From the NCBI RefSeq assembly GCF_001194135.2, contig NC_068982.1:71504491-71568490 (forward strand): a stretch of DNA of 64,000 nucleotides, in the 5' to 3' direction. This DNA is from Octopus bimaculoides. Lineage: Eukaryota. Below are positions 26,529 to 41,204 of this stretch, one piece after another (the first letter of the stretch is position 1; each line of letters opens with the position of its first letter). The notes below the pieces were generated by a model. That model ran no database searches. It was not told where the DNA came from and saw only the letters and a list, made by a program, of their open reading frames with translations. Position numbers and translations under genes: made by a program.

Positions 26529-28179
26529 GCATATTATGTATGTCTGTATATGCATATGTTTAAGTATATGTGCATGTGTGTGTGTTTATGTATGTATATA
26601 TTTACTCATCTTGCCTGCTGAAGTTTTTCTTTGTACACAAAGGGCTGTTTGTGTGAAGTAGAGATGTTAGAAAATGTAATGCTGTATAGCAGCAAGAGTT
26701 GGCTAGTGAAAGTAAACATGACGAGTGTTTGAAAATGGGAAGGGATGGTGGGCGGGGTGGGGAGAAAAACTACCTCTGATGTTGTTGTTGATGGTGGTGG
26801 GGGTAGAGAAGAAATGAGCACTAAAATTAATGAAGTGAACAGGTGTTGGGGATTGGTGTTAGTACCTGGGATAGAGGTAGTTGAAAGGATACCCATTAAC
26901 AAGGGTGTGATGGCTGGTTTAAGGAAACTAGTTTCAAGTGGGGCTCAATAATCCTTTCTCTGTGTACAGCAAAGAATAGTTAGGAATCTGTTTGCATATA
27001 CTTTGTGTAATTATCCTTAGTTTTTTTTGTTTTTTTTAATCCTTTGGTGATCATTGTTAAGGTTTTCATTACATAGTGTAATTTTCTTTTTTCTTTTTTA
27101 ATTTTTTAAATTTAAAGTGGGATTAAAGGATAGAAGCTAATTCTTGAATAACAGCTAATCTGTGCTGTTTGCTCTATTCATTTTCTTACAGAGTTATAAA
27201 GTAAGGGTACCTTAAATGAAGGCTGTGGGAGTACTTCATCGACTCCACAACTCACTGCCCTTATTGCTTTATGTGTGTGTGTGTTTTGCTCCTTGGGCAA
27301 GTGTCTTCTACAGCCCTGGGTCAACCAATACCTTGTGAATGAATTTGATAGACGAAAGCAGTGTAGAAGCCTGTTGTATCATCACTATTCAGTGCCTTTT
27401 TTCCTTGCTGGCATGGGTTGGGCAGTTTTTGACAGAAGCTGATGAGGCAGAGGGCTGCACCGAATCTCCCTGTCTGCATTCGCATGGTTTCTACAGATGG
27501 ATGCTCTTTGTAATGTCAGCCATTTAACAAAATATATTCAATGCTATTTTTCTGCACTTGTACCAGTGAGGTCACCAAGTAGCTTGCTAGATGGGACCCC
27601 CACCCCCCTCCTTAACTGAGTGGTATTCAGGAATGTGGCTTTATGTCAGATTATGAGAGGTTCAAGTATGATAGAGAAACAAATAGGTATCCTGCTGTAG
27701 GAGAGACATAGCCACCCCAGTTTGAAAAGAGAGAGGAGAAAAGAAACGTTTGTCTCTCACTCCTTGACAACCAGATGTTGGTTTGTTTATGTCCCCATCA
27801 TATAGTAGTTTGGCAAAAGAGACTGATAAAAATAATTCCATGGTTGCAGTGCTAAGTAAAAGATAAAATATAGAAATGTAGAGTCATGAGTTGGTGTAAT
27901 AATAACCAGTACTGTCAGGTTACCAAAACTTTCAGATTCTCATATCTGAGTTCTTCCATTTTTTAATTTTTTTTTCTTTTCTGAACAGAAATATATTTTG
28001 CATATTTTCTTCTATTCCAAAGTTCTTAATGTCATTAACATGAAGTGTCTCTCTTCATATCCTCTTGATTCAACGATCTGGTTTTAGGTTTTACAGGCTC
28101 TTCTTCATGTCTTGAACAAGACATTAACTAAAACTGAAACCATTTAAGATGTTAATATTGTGATATTTTTTCCCCCCTT

Positions 28180-28556
28180 TTTCTTGTTTGTCATCTGCCT
28201 GTGGCCATGCTGGAGCACTGTCTTTAAAGGATTTTTCGTTGAAGAAATTGACCCCAGAGCTTATTCTTTGTAAGCCTAGTACTTATTCTATCAGTCATTT
28301 TTGCCAAACTGCTAAGTTACAGGGATATAAACATGCCCACATCAGTTGTCAAGTGATGGTGGAGGGAGGGGACAAACACAGACACAAAGATACACGCACA
28401 CACACATATACGATGTGCTTCTTTCAGTTTCTGTCTACCAAATCCATTTACAAGGCTTTGGTTGGTGCAAGGCTATAGCAGAAGACACTTGCCCAATGCA
28501 GTGGGACTGAATCTGGAACCATGTGGTTAGGAAGTAAGTTTCTTACCATACAGCCA
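28180..28556 (-). mobile_element. Antisense full-length copy of the internal-microsatellite SINE
   Basis: + strand reads GTGGCCATGCTGGAGCAC...AAGCCTAGTACTTATTCTATC...ACACACAC...GAAGACACTTGCCCAA...GCAGTGGGACTGAA...CTTACCATACAGCC. Confidence 0.8.
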
Positions 28557-29804
28557 AATTCCTACTTTACATTATAATAAATTTTCTCATTGGTTTTCTT
28601 GTTTTCATCATTATGGTGACACACATTTCAAGGTTTCAGAATATGGCTTTAGCTTGCCTAGTTTAATGTCTGATAAACACCAGTGCTGGTGTCACATATA
28701 AAAAAAAAAAAAGTACCCAGTACACTCTAAGGTGGCTGATGTTCGGAAGGGCATCCCGCTGTAGAAACCTTATCAAAGCCTTGCCAGCTCCTGTCAAACT
28801 GTCCGACCCCTCAGGCTAGTTGGATCCTGTCAAACCATCCAGCCCATGGAGCACGGATGTGAGACGATGCTGATGATATTGTATAATGAAACTTTTTATT
28901 TATTTATCAAGTTTCCTGCAAGCATAATTATCGCTAACGGAAGAATCAATTTGTAATCTAATTAATTAAATCATAATAAAGTCCAATCTAGTATTTCCTT
29001 ACTTTATTCTGTTTATATATTACACAGCACAGTTGACATTCTGTTTGTAGGTCATGAATTGAATCTCTTTTTCTACTTGATAGCTGTGTTAGCTCTGATA
29101 AAGGACGGAGTTCAATAAATGATGGAAAGGCACTGCCAACTTTAGCTGAACCCTTTAACATTCAGATTTCTTTGTCAAATGTATTACCTATTTATTCACA
29201 TCATTTTGAATTAGTTACACATCTTGTAGCTTCAAGATTTCAATGGTGTGTTTGCATATTTAGAATGACATTGGATGTGGTCACTTTTAACATGAAGCAG
29301 AGAGAATCAGATGATTAGAGATGAGCCAAAAATTGGTTCTTCAACCCTTTAGCATTCAATCTGGCCCAAATATTCTTGAACATATGAAGTTACCCATCTC
29401 TCCTCCCTCATTGATCCACTGTCTCTATTCTCTCTGTCACTCACCTTGCACCTTGAGAGTTTACTCTGGCACCTTGTCCTCACCACCTCAGTCTTCTTTC
29501 TGGCTACTCCCTCCCACACTTACGTAATGTGTAGCATGTCAACATCTGGCATCAAGCAACCTTTCCCACACTCAGTTAACGGGACTTTTTCTTTGCTTGC
29601 AATTTACTTGGTGACCTCACTAGTACCTGTGACACAAAAAAAAGTCCCCAATGCACTCGTGTAGTGTTAGGGCTACATCCAGCTGTAAAAAGCTCTTGCA
29701 GCTTGTTTGATACTGTCATGCTGTCCAACCCATACCAGCATGGAAAAGAGGCATTAATGAGGATGTTTGATGACCTACTTCTGTTCCAGTAAACATGTTG
29801 TTAA

Positions 29805-30006
29805 CCCTTTAGTTACCATATTTTTGTTGAAATGCACTGCCTTTGTTTCAATCAGTTTTGAAAATGATGAATTTTGTAAAATCACTATTATTAATCTGGT
29901 GTTTGAAACCTAGCGGAAAATGACATTTTGATAGGTTTTAATTTAGATGACTTTAAAATTGGGTTATAAGTCAAGGGCAATTTCAGGCTCGTTGGTACCA
30001 AAAGGT
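29805..30006. mobile_element. TTAA-flanked MITE, family B
   Basis: TTAA at 29801-04 and 30007-10; ends CCCTTTAGTTACC / reverse complement ACCTTTTGGTACC. The internal sequence differs from family A. Related pieces at ~52420-52610 and ~47040-47460 (split by a SINE). Confidence 0.65.
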
Positions 30007-30225
30007 TTAAGCATTTCTGAAGACTTATCTATGAAGAGTAATTGTTGTAAATTTGATTCTTTCTATTCTGTTAATTGCTAGATTGTTCTTTATCGTTTTT
30101 ATATGTTTTCGTAGACTTGCATGGGTTAGATGATTACATTATTGAGGTATTTTTACAGTTGGATGCTTCTCCTGTCGTTAATCCTTTTCTGCTTTTTGAA
30201 TAAGGGACCTTATTATTTCATATAT

Positions 30226-30455
30226 GTGGAAGCGCGTGACGTAATGGTTAGGGTGTTAACATCATGATCGTAAGATTGTGGTTTTGATTCCTGGACCGGG
30301 CAACACGTTGTGTTCTTGAACAAAACACTTCATTTCACGTTACTCCAGTCTACTCAGCTGCGATGGATTGGCGTCCTGTCCAGCTGGAGAACACATACGC
30401 CATTGAAACTGGGAAACCGGGCCCATGAGCCTGGCTAGGCTGTAAAAGGGTGCAT
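30226..30455 (+). mobile_element. Full-length tRNA-head CORE-like SINE with 16-bp TSD
   Basis: tRNA-like head (GTGGAAGCGCGTGACGTAATGG...GGTTTTGATTCC) and central GTTCTTGAACAAAACACTTCATTTCACGTTACTCCAGTCTACTCAGCTG. Direct repeat TTATTATTTCATATAT at 30210-30225 and 30456-30471. Confidence 0.88.
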
Positions 30456-33400
30456 TTATTATTTCATATATATTTAAAGGTGCAAAGCCAATGCATGACT
30501 CACTGACAGGGGGAGAAATAACTGCAACATTACTCTCTGTAGGTGAGCAATTTTTAGACAAGTGCAAAGGGAGTCTAATATGACTACCAGAAAATAGGCT
30601 GCTATTTATTGGTCAAGACGGGTCACATACGTTTGCATAAAGTTTTATTAATTCTCATACATTAATAATGTTATTGTATTTTTTTCTTCTCAAACTACTT
30701 CTCCATGATATACAAGTATGTCTTGGCACCAAAAGGACAGGTATTAAATGGCTTGACTTTTCCTTTGTCTTTGTTCTTCTAACTATTACAATAATAATAA
30801 TAATGATCATGGTGCCAAGTCTGTAATTAGTTCTAACCATTGGTAGGATCAGGCTTTCAAAGAATGTATGCTGCAAAGAGTGTCATTTGAAATTTCCTGT
30901 CTCTTGGTTTTGTCTGGATCTAAATATACACATTCGCTAAGATCCTCTTCCTTCCTCCAAGTAACCTATTTTCGTTTTCTTTCCTTGAAGCGCTCCATTT
31001 TATTAATAACCAACTACAAAATTGTTTTTGGTTTGGTGGGTTTTTTTTTCTTTTTCTTTCTCCGTTTTTTTATTTTTAACCAAGGAAATTCTGTAGGTTT
31101 ATATGTTTCTTATCTTTATTGCTAGCAGACCCAGTTGAAATGGGCTGGTAGGATAAACTTGGATTAAGTTTTATCTTGTGTGTGTGTATGTGTATGTGCT
31201 TTTAAAGTGGCTAGATTTTTTTCATCCACTTCGGTATTTTAGGTTTGTTACTCTTTATAATTAGATGTTTGCATAGGATATTTGGTTTGTTTTCCTTTTA
31301 TTATTATCATCATCATCATTGTTATTATTATTATTATTTACATTAGAATTAAATTTGAATTATTTAATTCCATCTAAATATGATGGAATACAGCACAGCT
31401 GACATTCGGCTTGTGGGGTCAGGAATGGAATCCATCCTCTCTCTCTCTCTTTCTCATTTTATTTTGTTACATTTTTTTATTGGCCATTTGATACCGTTAG
31501 ACTTGATAAGGGTACAGAGGGTTACTGAATGATGGAAACACAGCCAACTTCTGCTTAAAGAACCAATTTATAGACTCCTGAATTACTGTTTCCCCACCTC
31601 CTTCCCATCTTAACAGATGAGTTTACAAAAAGACTATATTAAGAATTAACTGCATGGTTAATTACATTTCAGCAAAGATGCTATTAAGGAACATTATATA
31701 GACAGAAAGGCTTAATATGGTGGGTATTTTTTGAAAAGTTCATCTGTGTAGTTATTTGAGGCAGGGATAAATACTGTGACATAGTTTTGCCATTTCTTTT
31801 CCTAGCTCTGTTATAGCATTAAAACATAGCACTGTGCAATCTAGTACTGCCCTCTTTTTTTGTGTACAGCAGAGAGCTAAATTGTGATCAGTTTTTATTA
31901 ACAGCCAGGTGAATCATACACCACTTTTCACTGTTGAATACTTTTACCTTTTAGCATTTAACCCATAAACTGCTGGGATTTTGCTGTATGTAACACGAAC
32001 TGCTGAGCCTATTTTGGGTAAAGGTCAACATCGATCTATCACTCGAAAAAAATACTCAGTGTTTCTTAACACCTTCTGTGATCGGCTACACTGTTTCTGG
32101 GGTGAAAGGGTATCGTGTGCATACATTATACGTCATCAAAATTAGGTGAGATCATGCCCTATTTCCATGGCCTGTTGCACTGTCGCATTGGCCACTGAGG
32201 TGGCCTATCACAGTTTATGGGTTAATCCAGCCATATGTGTGTGTGTATGTGTTATTCTGCCTGTTTTTCTTTTATGTTCAAACTGGCCAGATATGGTCTC
32301 TCACACTTACCCTATATTGTCATTCTCACAATAACCAGTCACATCATCAGAATATTGGAGCTACGAGATAATGCATGATTAGTTGAAAACAATGTGAATA
32401 AATAAGCATTACATTTGATAGAGCAATCTGAATGTCCAAGGGTTAATGATTACTGAATGTCTTTTTGTCAGTCTTGTTTCTCTTCAGAAACCTGTTCTGC
32501 TCTGACCCCCTTTTTCTCATAATTTTAACCCTCGTCTAGTATAGAAGCTGTTCCCCCTCCTCAGGGTTTGTAGTCTTGCAACCTGTATAGATAAACTCTG
32601 TAGTGGCTGGTGGCATTATAAAGGAAGCACTCAGTACATGCTGTAAAGTAAGTAGTCAGCAACATTGGGAAGGCCATGCAGCCATAGAAACCATGCTAAA
32701 GCAGACACTGGAGCACAATAGAGCCCTTTCAGTGATCAGGTCCTATCCTGCCATTTAACCCATGCCAGCCAGCATGGAACATGGATGTTATATGATGGTG
32801 ATGAGTAGTAGTAGTAGAGAAAACATGGTGTGTGAGTGACCGTTTTTACTACTTTTTGTACCTCACCCAAATCCTGTGGCAGGTGGGTGGGGATCATGTC
32901 CTTCAATTGTTTAATGACATGAAAATTGCTTCAGAATATTACAACTGTTGCTAATAGGCTGAATAAAAAGGAAAATGAACATAAATAAATAACTAGGCTT
33001 TTCGTTCAAATTTTAAAGATAGGCGCCAATCTTATTTAATGGCTCAGTGATTGCTTTTTTATAGCAAAATCCTGCTATGTAAAAAATATATTGTATAACA
33101 ATACAAATTTTCATATCTAAACCTGGTTTGTGCTAGTTTGAAAAGTCCAGGATATGAAATTGTTTTAACCATGTTCTCTGTGTTGTTTTTAAATGATTTT
33201 TTTTTTTCCTAAGCAAAGAAATTGATAGCTTAGAATAAAGGGAGATAATTTAACAGCAACAACCTCATTTTAAGATAAGTTTCATTTTCCATCTGGTTCA
33301 AATAAAGTCTACATATAATATATATATATATAGTTGTATGTGTAAGAAAAATATCACCTAGCATAAAACATAAATTTCTCAAATTGTCGTTTTTAGTTCT

Positions 33401-34014
33401 TATTTTGTTCATATATCTGTGTGTGTGTGTGTGTGTGTAAAGAAATTTTATTTTTAAATCTTTCTAGTGTGTAAAAACCCCATGCCTTCAAATTAGAAAT
33501 TCANNNNNNNNNNTTTTAAAAATCTTCTTGAACCACACCCCTCTTTTTTTGTTGTTGTTGTTATTTTCTTCTGGCTCCTTATATTCTGAGTTCAAATTCC
33601 ACTGAGGTTGTTTTTTTTTTTTTGCCTATCATCCCTTTTAGGGGAGTCAATAAAATAAGGACCAGTTAAGTCCTGTGTGGGGTGTCAATGTAATCAACTT
33701 GAATTACCAGCAAGCTGGCAGAATTGTCAGTGTGTGGGAGAAGATGCTCAGCAGTGTTTCTCCTGACTCTTTACATTCTGGGTTCAAATACAGCTCAGTT
33801 CACCTTTGCCTTTCATCCTTTCAGGGTTGATAAAACAAAGTACTAGTTGAACACAGAAGTTGATGTAGTCAACTATCTCCCACTCGCCCGATTTCAGGCA
33901 TTGTGGTCATAGTAGAAAGGATTATTATTATTATTATTACTGTAAGGTGGCTAGCTGGCAGAATCGTTAGCCTGCCAGGCAAAATGCTTAGCAGTATTTT
34001 GTCTGTCTTCATGT

Positions 34015-34400
34015 TCATCATCATCGTTTAACGTCCGCTTTTCATGCTAGCATGGGTTGGACGATTTGACTGAGGACTGGTGGAACCCGAAGGCTACACC
34101 AGGCTCCAATCTGATTTGGCAGAGTTTCCACAGCTGGATGCCCCTCCTAACGCCAACCACTCCGAGAGTGTAGTAGGTGCTTTTACGTGTCACCGGCACG
34201 AAGGCCAGTCAGGCGATACTTGCAACGTCCACGCTCAAAATGGTGTATTTTATGTGCCACCTGCACAAGAGCCAGTCCAGGGGCACTGGCAACGATCTCG
34301 CTCGAAAGTCCTTACACATGCTGCGGGCACAAGTGTCAGAAAGGCAACACTGGGCACAGGTGCCATCCCGATTTCGCTTTTGCTTGCCCCAATAAGTCTT
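34015..34400 (-). mobile_element. 5'-truncated copy of the RTE 3' UTR, inserted into a SINE cluster
   Basis: Reverse complement closely follows 48100-48400 (GGTTGGCGTTAGGAGGGGCATCCAGCTGTGG...CCAACCCATGCTAGCATG...GGACGTTAAACGATGATG). Similar copies at about 38633-38955(-) and 61010-61233(+). Confidence 0.85.
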
Positions 34401-35009
34401 CGCAAGCTGAGTTTCGTGTCCAATGGGTTCAAATTCCTTTGAGGTTGACTTTGTCTTTCATCCTTTCAGGGTCAGCAAAATTAAGTACCAGTGAAACACT
34501 GGGGTTGATGTAATCAACTAGTCCCCTCCTCCAAAATTTTAGGCCTTGTACCTATAGTAGAAAGGATTATTATTATAAGGTGGCAAGTTAGCAGATCATT
34601 AGCACACCAGGCAAAATACTTAGCAGTATTTTGCCTTCATATTCTGGCTTCAAATTCTATTGCGGTCGACTTTGCCTTTCATCTTTTTGGGGTTGATAAC
34701 ATTAAGTACCAGTAAAACACTAGGGTCAATGTAATTGACTAGTCCCCTCCCACAAAATTTCAGACCTTATGCCTTTAGTAGGAAGGACCATCATTACTAT
34801 TATATGTCACTGCTCATTGCATCGTTAGATCATTATTCACCACTTCATCTCATGACTTTCTAGATCTGCCTCTTCCACAGGATCTGTTTGAGTACCCTAC
34901 ACATCTTTATCCAGCTGTCATCCTTCATTTGTATTCCATTCCCATATCATTGTAATCTCTCTTTCACACTACCTCCAGTTGCTCTTAGATCTCGTTTCTC
35001 TCTCAGTTC

Positions 35010-35440
35010 ACCATCATTATCGTTTTAATGTCCACTTTTCCATCCTTGCATGAATCGGGCAGAATATGTTGAGGCAGGATTTTCTATGGCCGGATGTCCT
35101 TTCTGTTGCCAAGTCTCATCTGTTTCAAGCTAAGTAATATTTCCTCCATAGCTAGACTTTGTTTTACATGGAAGATTGAAAACAAACAGCATCACTTATA
35201 TATTGCTGATGTTCATTTACAATCATCGCATGATGTCAAGACAAAGGAACGTACACACACACACAAACAGAAACCCATGCACACATTTACATATTATATA
35301 CGAGCTTCTTTCAGTTTCTGCTGACAAAATCCACTTGCATAGTTTTGGTCAACCTAGGGCTATAATAGAAGACACTTGCCCAAGGTGCTGTGCTGTGGGA
35401 CTGAACCCAAGGTCACAAGGTTGGGAAGCAAGCTTCATTA
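35010..35440 (-). mobile_element. Antisense full-length copy of the RTE-tailed SINE
   Basis: (CAT)n tail, CCACTTTTCCATCCTTGCATG...GGATGTCCTTTCTGTTGCCAA...GAAGACACTTGCCCAAGGTGC...GTGGGACTGAACCC. Confidence 0.78.
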
Positions 35441-38400
35441 CTTCACATCCACATCTTTGCACTACATTGCTAACTTGTTAATTTTCCTCCCTACTTCTAC
35501 TTACAATCTCATTCATTTATTTCAAGCAAACACAAATTTCCATTTCCCTTTGATGTTACAAATCGCAACATCCTATTTACTAGAAATTTTAAATATGCCT
35601 GTTATTTTGTTAGATGTCTTTTTTTAATCTCACTCACAGCAGCTTCTAATGCAAATTAATAACTTTGTACCTAACTATTGCACAAACTTTTCAACCCTTT
35701 TTCTTTTTCTTTGCAAAAGCTCGCAAAAGATGTGTACATCCTTCAAGTCTATTTCATTTTTTTTTATACATATATTTTTTATAGTAACTGAAAGAATCTA
35801 TCTTTATAATTTCATTTTGTTTGTTTGGTTTCATGTGTTTTTCCATGCCAGTATGGGTTACATAAATACATTTGTTTACGGCTGGATGCCCATCATATCA
35901 CTAACCCTTTACCTATTTTTCAAAGAGATCTTTTATTCTACATGTCTTCAAAAGCACGTCGCCAGTGAATGATTTCTTTGAAGACAAATGGTAACATGTC
36001 TCCGTTTTGTAGCTCAGTGATTTTAAGAGAAGTGCAAATATAAACAATCAAATCTGCCCTTGTGTGTACATACTCTATCATCATCATCATCATCATCATC
36101 ATCTAATATCCACTTTTCCATTCTTTCTTGGGTCAGACTGAATTTGTTGAGGCAGATTTTGTATGGTTGGATACTGTTCCTGTTGCCAGTCCTTGTGTTT
36201 CCAAGCAAGGTAATATTTCCCTATGTCCAGACATCTTTTTCATGTAAGGCTGGAAATGAGCAACATTGCTTGTACGACAACAATGTCAAGACAAGCATGC
36301 ATGCACACATACACGCATGCACATGCTGAACTTCTTTCAATTTCCATATACCAATTTCACTTACAAGGCTTTGGTCAGCCTGGGACTCTAGTAGAAGACC
36401 CTTGTACAAGGTGTCATGCAGTGGCTCTGAACCCAAAACCATATATATAAGAAGAGACCCCTTCTTTGTAGTCCTTTACACAACAGTTGCCTGAAGCCTT
36501 TAAAAGAAAGTTTAAAAAGCCATAAAGCCATCTCATTACTCACCTATGTCTCCTTCTGTGTTGCAATCTCTTATTAAATTCTACCAAAGAAAAAAAAAAA
36601 CTTTTAAAAGTCTGTTGTTTTGTAAAGCTGCTTTTCTGACATTTCACTTAGTAAATATTTCTTTCAGAAATTTAGACTTCAACATAGAGATTCAAGTCCT
36701 TAGGCCATGCACATTTTAGTTTACCAAACAGGAGAGATATCAACTCTTGCCTGACAGTTAAGTGGTCGGTAATGAGAGCGGCAGCAGCAGCAGCAGTGAG
36801 CTTTAGAACATTGCTCTGATTCACTTATGCGAAACCATCTTCTAACTTGTGCTGATTACAAAGAAAATGTGGATGGCTGCACCATATTATAACTTGTGTC
36901 TCTATATTTTATTCTAGATGATATGGCCTTTATAACTGATTATATATATGAGAGAGAGAGAGAGAGATGTATGCACATTTATACATACACTTATACATAC
37001 TTTCTTTGCATAGTTTTGAAGTTTGCCTGTCCTGTCACAATACTTGTTGCTCCTTATCACTTGAGTGTTTCTAACTTGTTAGAATGTTTGTTCCATTCAT
37101 TATAAAGATGGAATCATATACTTGTTTTTTTTATTTCTATCTCCCATCAACTTTCAACTCTCCAAATTCATTCAACATTTTTTATATATATAGATATATA
37201 TATTTCACCATATCCCAACCTACTTTTTATTGTCTTGACTGTGACAAACTATCCTTGCAGTCTTGTCAAGACAATTCTTATTCTAGCACTGTTTCCACAA
37301 TACATGTAGCTTGAAACTCTGTGATGGTAGACTAGTTGCTTGTATTTCTGTATATTCTATGCTGACTTCATTGGATAACAGTAGATATTTTTCATGCTCA
37401 ATGTTGTTAAAAAGCCATTTTAACTTGCAAAACACTAAAATAAAATATACTTAACATATTTGATGGCATATAAGATATACTTTTCTTTTCAAGAAATGTC
37501 TCCAAAGAAAAAGCTCCCATGATCCTATATTTTAAGTTGGGCCTATATTCATTTTAAATTTTGGTACAAGACCAGCAATTTCGTCGGAGGGAGTAAGTTG
37601 ATTACATCAACCCCAGTGCTCAACTGGTACTTATTTTATTGACCTCCAAAATGAAGAAAGGCAGTTAGCCTCTGTGGAATTTGAACTCCAAGTGTAGAGA
37701 TGGACGAAATGCCATTAAGTTTTTTGCCAGCATGCTAACAATTCTGCCAGCTCGCTGCCTTAAGTCGAGCCTATTTTAACAGGTTTTGGTGCATGAAAAT
37801 TCTTTTTTCCTGAATATACCCTGCTAAAATTTGGATGTGGCTAATAATAAGCCAATACATTTTTTATGCCATCAAGATATACTCTTAATTAAATACTGGA
37901 AGATAGGCAACTTTTTTGTTTTAATGTTTGACTAGTCAGAAAGATTATCAACTCAATCCACTTGATAATCTTTTTGTATTTGAAAACTATTTCTCACAAA
38001 ATTGGAATGTGCTTTTATGTTATTCAGAGACTGCAGTTAAAACTTTCTAGCCTCTTGTGACATGCACATCCACCAAAATGATGATTAATGCTTTGGGTTG
38101 AAGAGCAGAAGATAATTCAATCTGAAGCTCCTCTGCTGCAAAATCTAGCAGTTTCCCAACTTATCTCCTCTTGTATTGTTCTCGTCACATCTCTAAATCT
38201 GTAGTTATCAAGCACAGTGGAATGTACTTTCTGTTTTCCTTGAATGACATCTGATGACATTCACCAAACTTCCCATCTTCAGTCCCAAAGTTCGAAGTAG
38301 TGTAAGGAGGTGCCTCCAATGTATGGCAGAGCAGTTTAGAAATCTTTCCCCATAGTAGTTTTGATCTTACTATGCAATTGCCAAGTGTCTGAAACGCCTT

Positions 38401-38632
38401 AAATTTCCCCCCTTCTCCAATCTTGTAACATTTGTACAGATGAAAATTATTCAGAAGTATAGATTGTGTCTCTTAATTTGAGGGACCAGCCTTGTCCACA
38501 CACTGTGAGGCCAAGTCTGTTTAAAGGGTTAAAAGGTACAAATGTTTGCAATGGTTAGCCAACTACTATCGCATCATCTTCATCTTCGTTTTAATGTCTA
38601 CTTTTCCATATTTGCATGGGTTAGAAAGAATT

Positions 38633-38955
38633 CATCATCATCATCATCATCATCATCGTCGTCTAACGTCTACTTTCCATGCTAGTATGCATTGGACGAT
38701 TTGACTGAGGACTGGTGGACTAGGTGGCTACACCAGGCCCCAATCTGATTTGGCAAAGTTTCTACTGCTGGATGCCCTTCCTAACGCCAACCACTCTGAG
38801 AGTGTAGTGGGTGCTTTTACGTGCCACTGGCACGAAGGCCAGTCAGGCGGTACTGGCAACAACCACGCTCGAAATGGTGTATTTTACGTGCCACCTGCAC
38901 AGAAACCAGTCCAGTGGCACTGGCAACGATCTCGCTCGAATGTCTTACTGGCAAC
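38633..38955 (-). mobile_element. 5'-truncated copy of the RTE 3' UTR
   Basis: Closely similar to 34015-34330 over most of its length, with a (CAT)n tail on the + strand. Confidence 0.85.
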
Positions 38956-41204
38956 GCGTTGGTAATTTTCCACTACTGGATGCCATTCCTGTTGTCAACT
39001 CTACTGAACCAGATTTTGGAGCACAACGCAATCCTCTCATCAGTTAGCTCATCTTAGACCATCCAACTCATTCCACATTGGACAAGCACCTTCCAAAGCT
39101 TGGACTGGCCAAAGCCTTGTGAGTGGATTTTGGTAGACAGAAATGAAATAAGCCTGTCGTTCATGTGTTTGTGTCTTCTTGACATTGCCTAATAATTGTA
39201 TGTATGACTGCCACTGTCATACAATGTCATTCTTTTCCAATTATACTATGAAAACATGTCTAGAAAACGTTAGCTTGCTTTGGAAACAGGTGAAAGTTTG
39301 GCAACAAGAAGGATATGTTTGTAGAAAATCTGCCTCGGTAAACTCTGCCTGCCCCAGGCAAGCATAAAAAAGTGGACGTTAAAATGATGATGAATACAAT
39401 GAATAGGTTTTCTATTGATCAAACAACTGGAACTTTCATTCATGGTTTACCATAAGCACTTAATCAGCTATCTGTTATTGTGCTGTATATTTGCTCCAGT
39501 GGATTTACTCAATTACTCAACAACTTCAAAAACCTCTAAAAAAAAGAAAATAACAAACAACAGGATTCTGTGAAACGAGAAGAGAGATTAGTAGTAATCA
39601 GCTTGCTGTTTTACCAAATTTATCTCAGGTTCTGAAAGCAAATGGCCCTACTTTGGATCTATGTTCTCTTCAAAAGTCAAAATTCCTTATTTAACAAAAT
39701 AGTTGTCAAAGCAAAAGTTACTGTTTCAAACGTAGTGAAAAGCTTTGAGCTTTCACTTCAAAAACTTTAATCACTAACCCTATTGCACTCTAATTTGAGC
39801 CGATAAAGTAAAGCTCTCTCTCTCTCTCTCTCATCAACACAGCTACTTTGTCTTTCTCGCTTACAAACGTACCTCTCTTTCTCCTCACCAACTCTTCCTC
39901 TCGACTGCTCTCCCTTTGTCTCGTTTACTCTTCCTCTTTCTCTTGACTACCCTCTCTCTCTCTCTCTCTCTCACCCTCTCACCCCCAGATTCTTTTTTCC
40001 CCCTCTCTTCTCTTCGTTCCTTTAGTTTCCTCTCATCCCCTCCTTTTTCTGTCTTTCTGTTTTTGCTCTCCACCACCAGGATTTCAAAAAAGAAAAAGAA
40101 AATTCAGAATCTGAAAGACAAACATCTAAAGCTGTTGACTTTCTTTCTTTTATTTATTTATTATTATTACTATTATTGTTATTATTATTATTGTTATTAT
40201 TATTATTATTATTATTATTCTATGTGAACTTTTGAGGATACCCTCTCCATCTCGGACAGTGAGCTAATATAGAAAAAATCTTGCACTAAATAACTGCTTC
40301 AGTTTTTTTTCTTTTATCCTCCCCTGCTCTACCGCTCTCACTCACTCTCCCTGTTTTCTCTCATTCCCTCGTCCCCTCCTTCGCTACTTCCTTCCTATCT
40401 TCTGTTTTCTTTTTTCCTTCTCTTTCTCCTTCGTTCTCTCTGTCTATTTACCAGAGCTCACATTTAGAAAACTTCAAAAGGACCGAGTTATTTGAGTAGG
40501 ATTGTTGCTAATTTCTTCTCCTTTTCATCTTAAATGGCCTACTGCTTTTTATCAATGGCCAAACCTTTTCTATTTTTTTCCTTCCTTTCTTTCTTTTTCT
40601 TTTTTTTGTTTAATGTCTGTGTTTTATTTTTATTTTATTTTATTGTCTGCCTCTGTGTGTGTCCGTGTCCGTCCTGCTCTGTGTATGTCAGTCTGTCTCT
40701 CTTTTTTTTCTCAAATGATATTTTCATTGGCTTGCTTGCTTTGCTTGTTATAATAGCTTTACTACTGGCTTCTTTCTGAGCGAAAAGAACATTATCATTC
40801 TTGATAATCTTGGCTTGCCTTTTTCTCTCTGTTGCTCTTCTGACTCTCTCTCTCTCTCTCTTTCTGTCTCTCCTATCAGCTCTGTCTATCGTTATTTTGA
40901 AACTTGATATAATGTTCCTGAGACGGAGAGAGAGAGAGATGTCGGTTTGGTAAGAGGTTCCGTAATCTTTCGCATTGCTATTCCCAATGATGGAAAGTCT
41001 GCTCAGAAATTGTTTGTAATCTGTTGAAGGTTTATGTTTGTAGTAAAGCTGATATTAAGTTCTTTTAGATAGTGCTATACACAACTTAACACATCCGCCT
41101 TATTTTAATCTCTCAACGTTCTTTTATAAAGCGATATGTTTACTTTCATCTGCTTCATATTAATTTCCATAATAAACCCAACTAGTTTCATTGATCTCTC
41201 CATC

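Noticed and set aside
27439-27466. CTGATGA-GGCAG-AGGG-CTGC hairpin as a hammerhead
   Set aside because: Followed by ACCGAAT rather than GAAA, with no stem I or III; it lies in a decayed RTE-tail repeat.
34080-34513. ORFs of 108-120 aa here and the similar ORFs at 38750-39057
   Set aside because: Antisense translations of the RTE 3' UTR repeat; the similarity between loci reflects the repeat.
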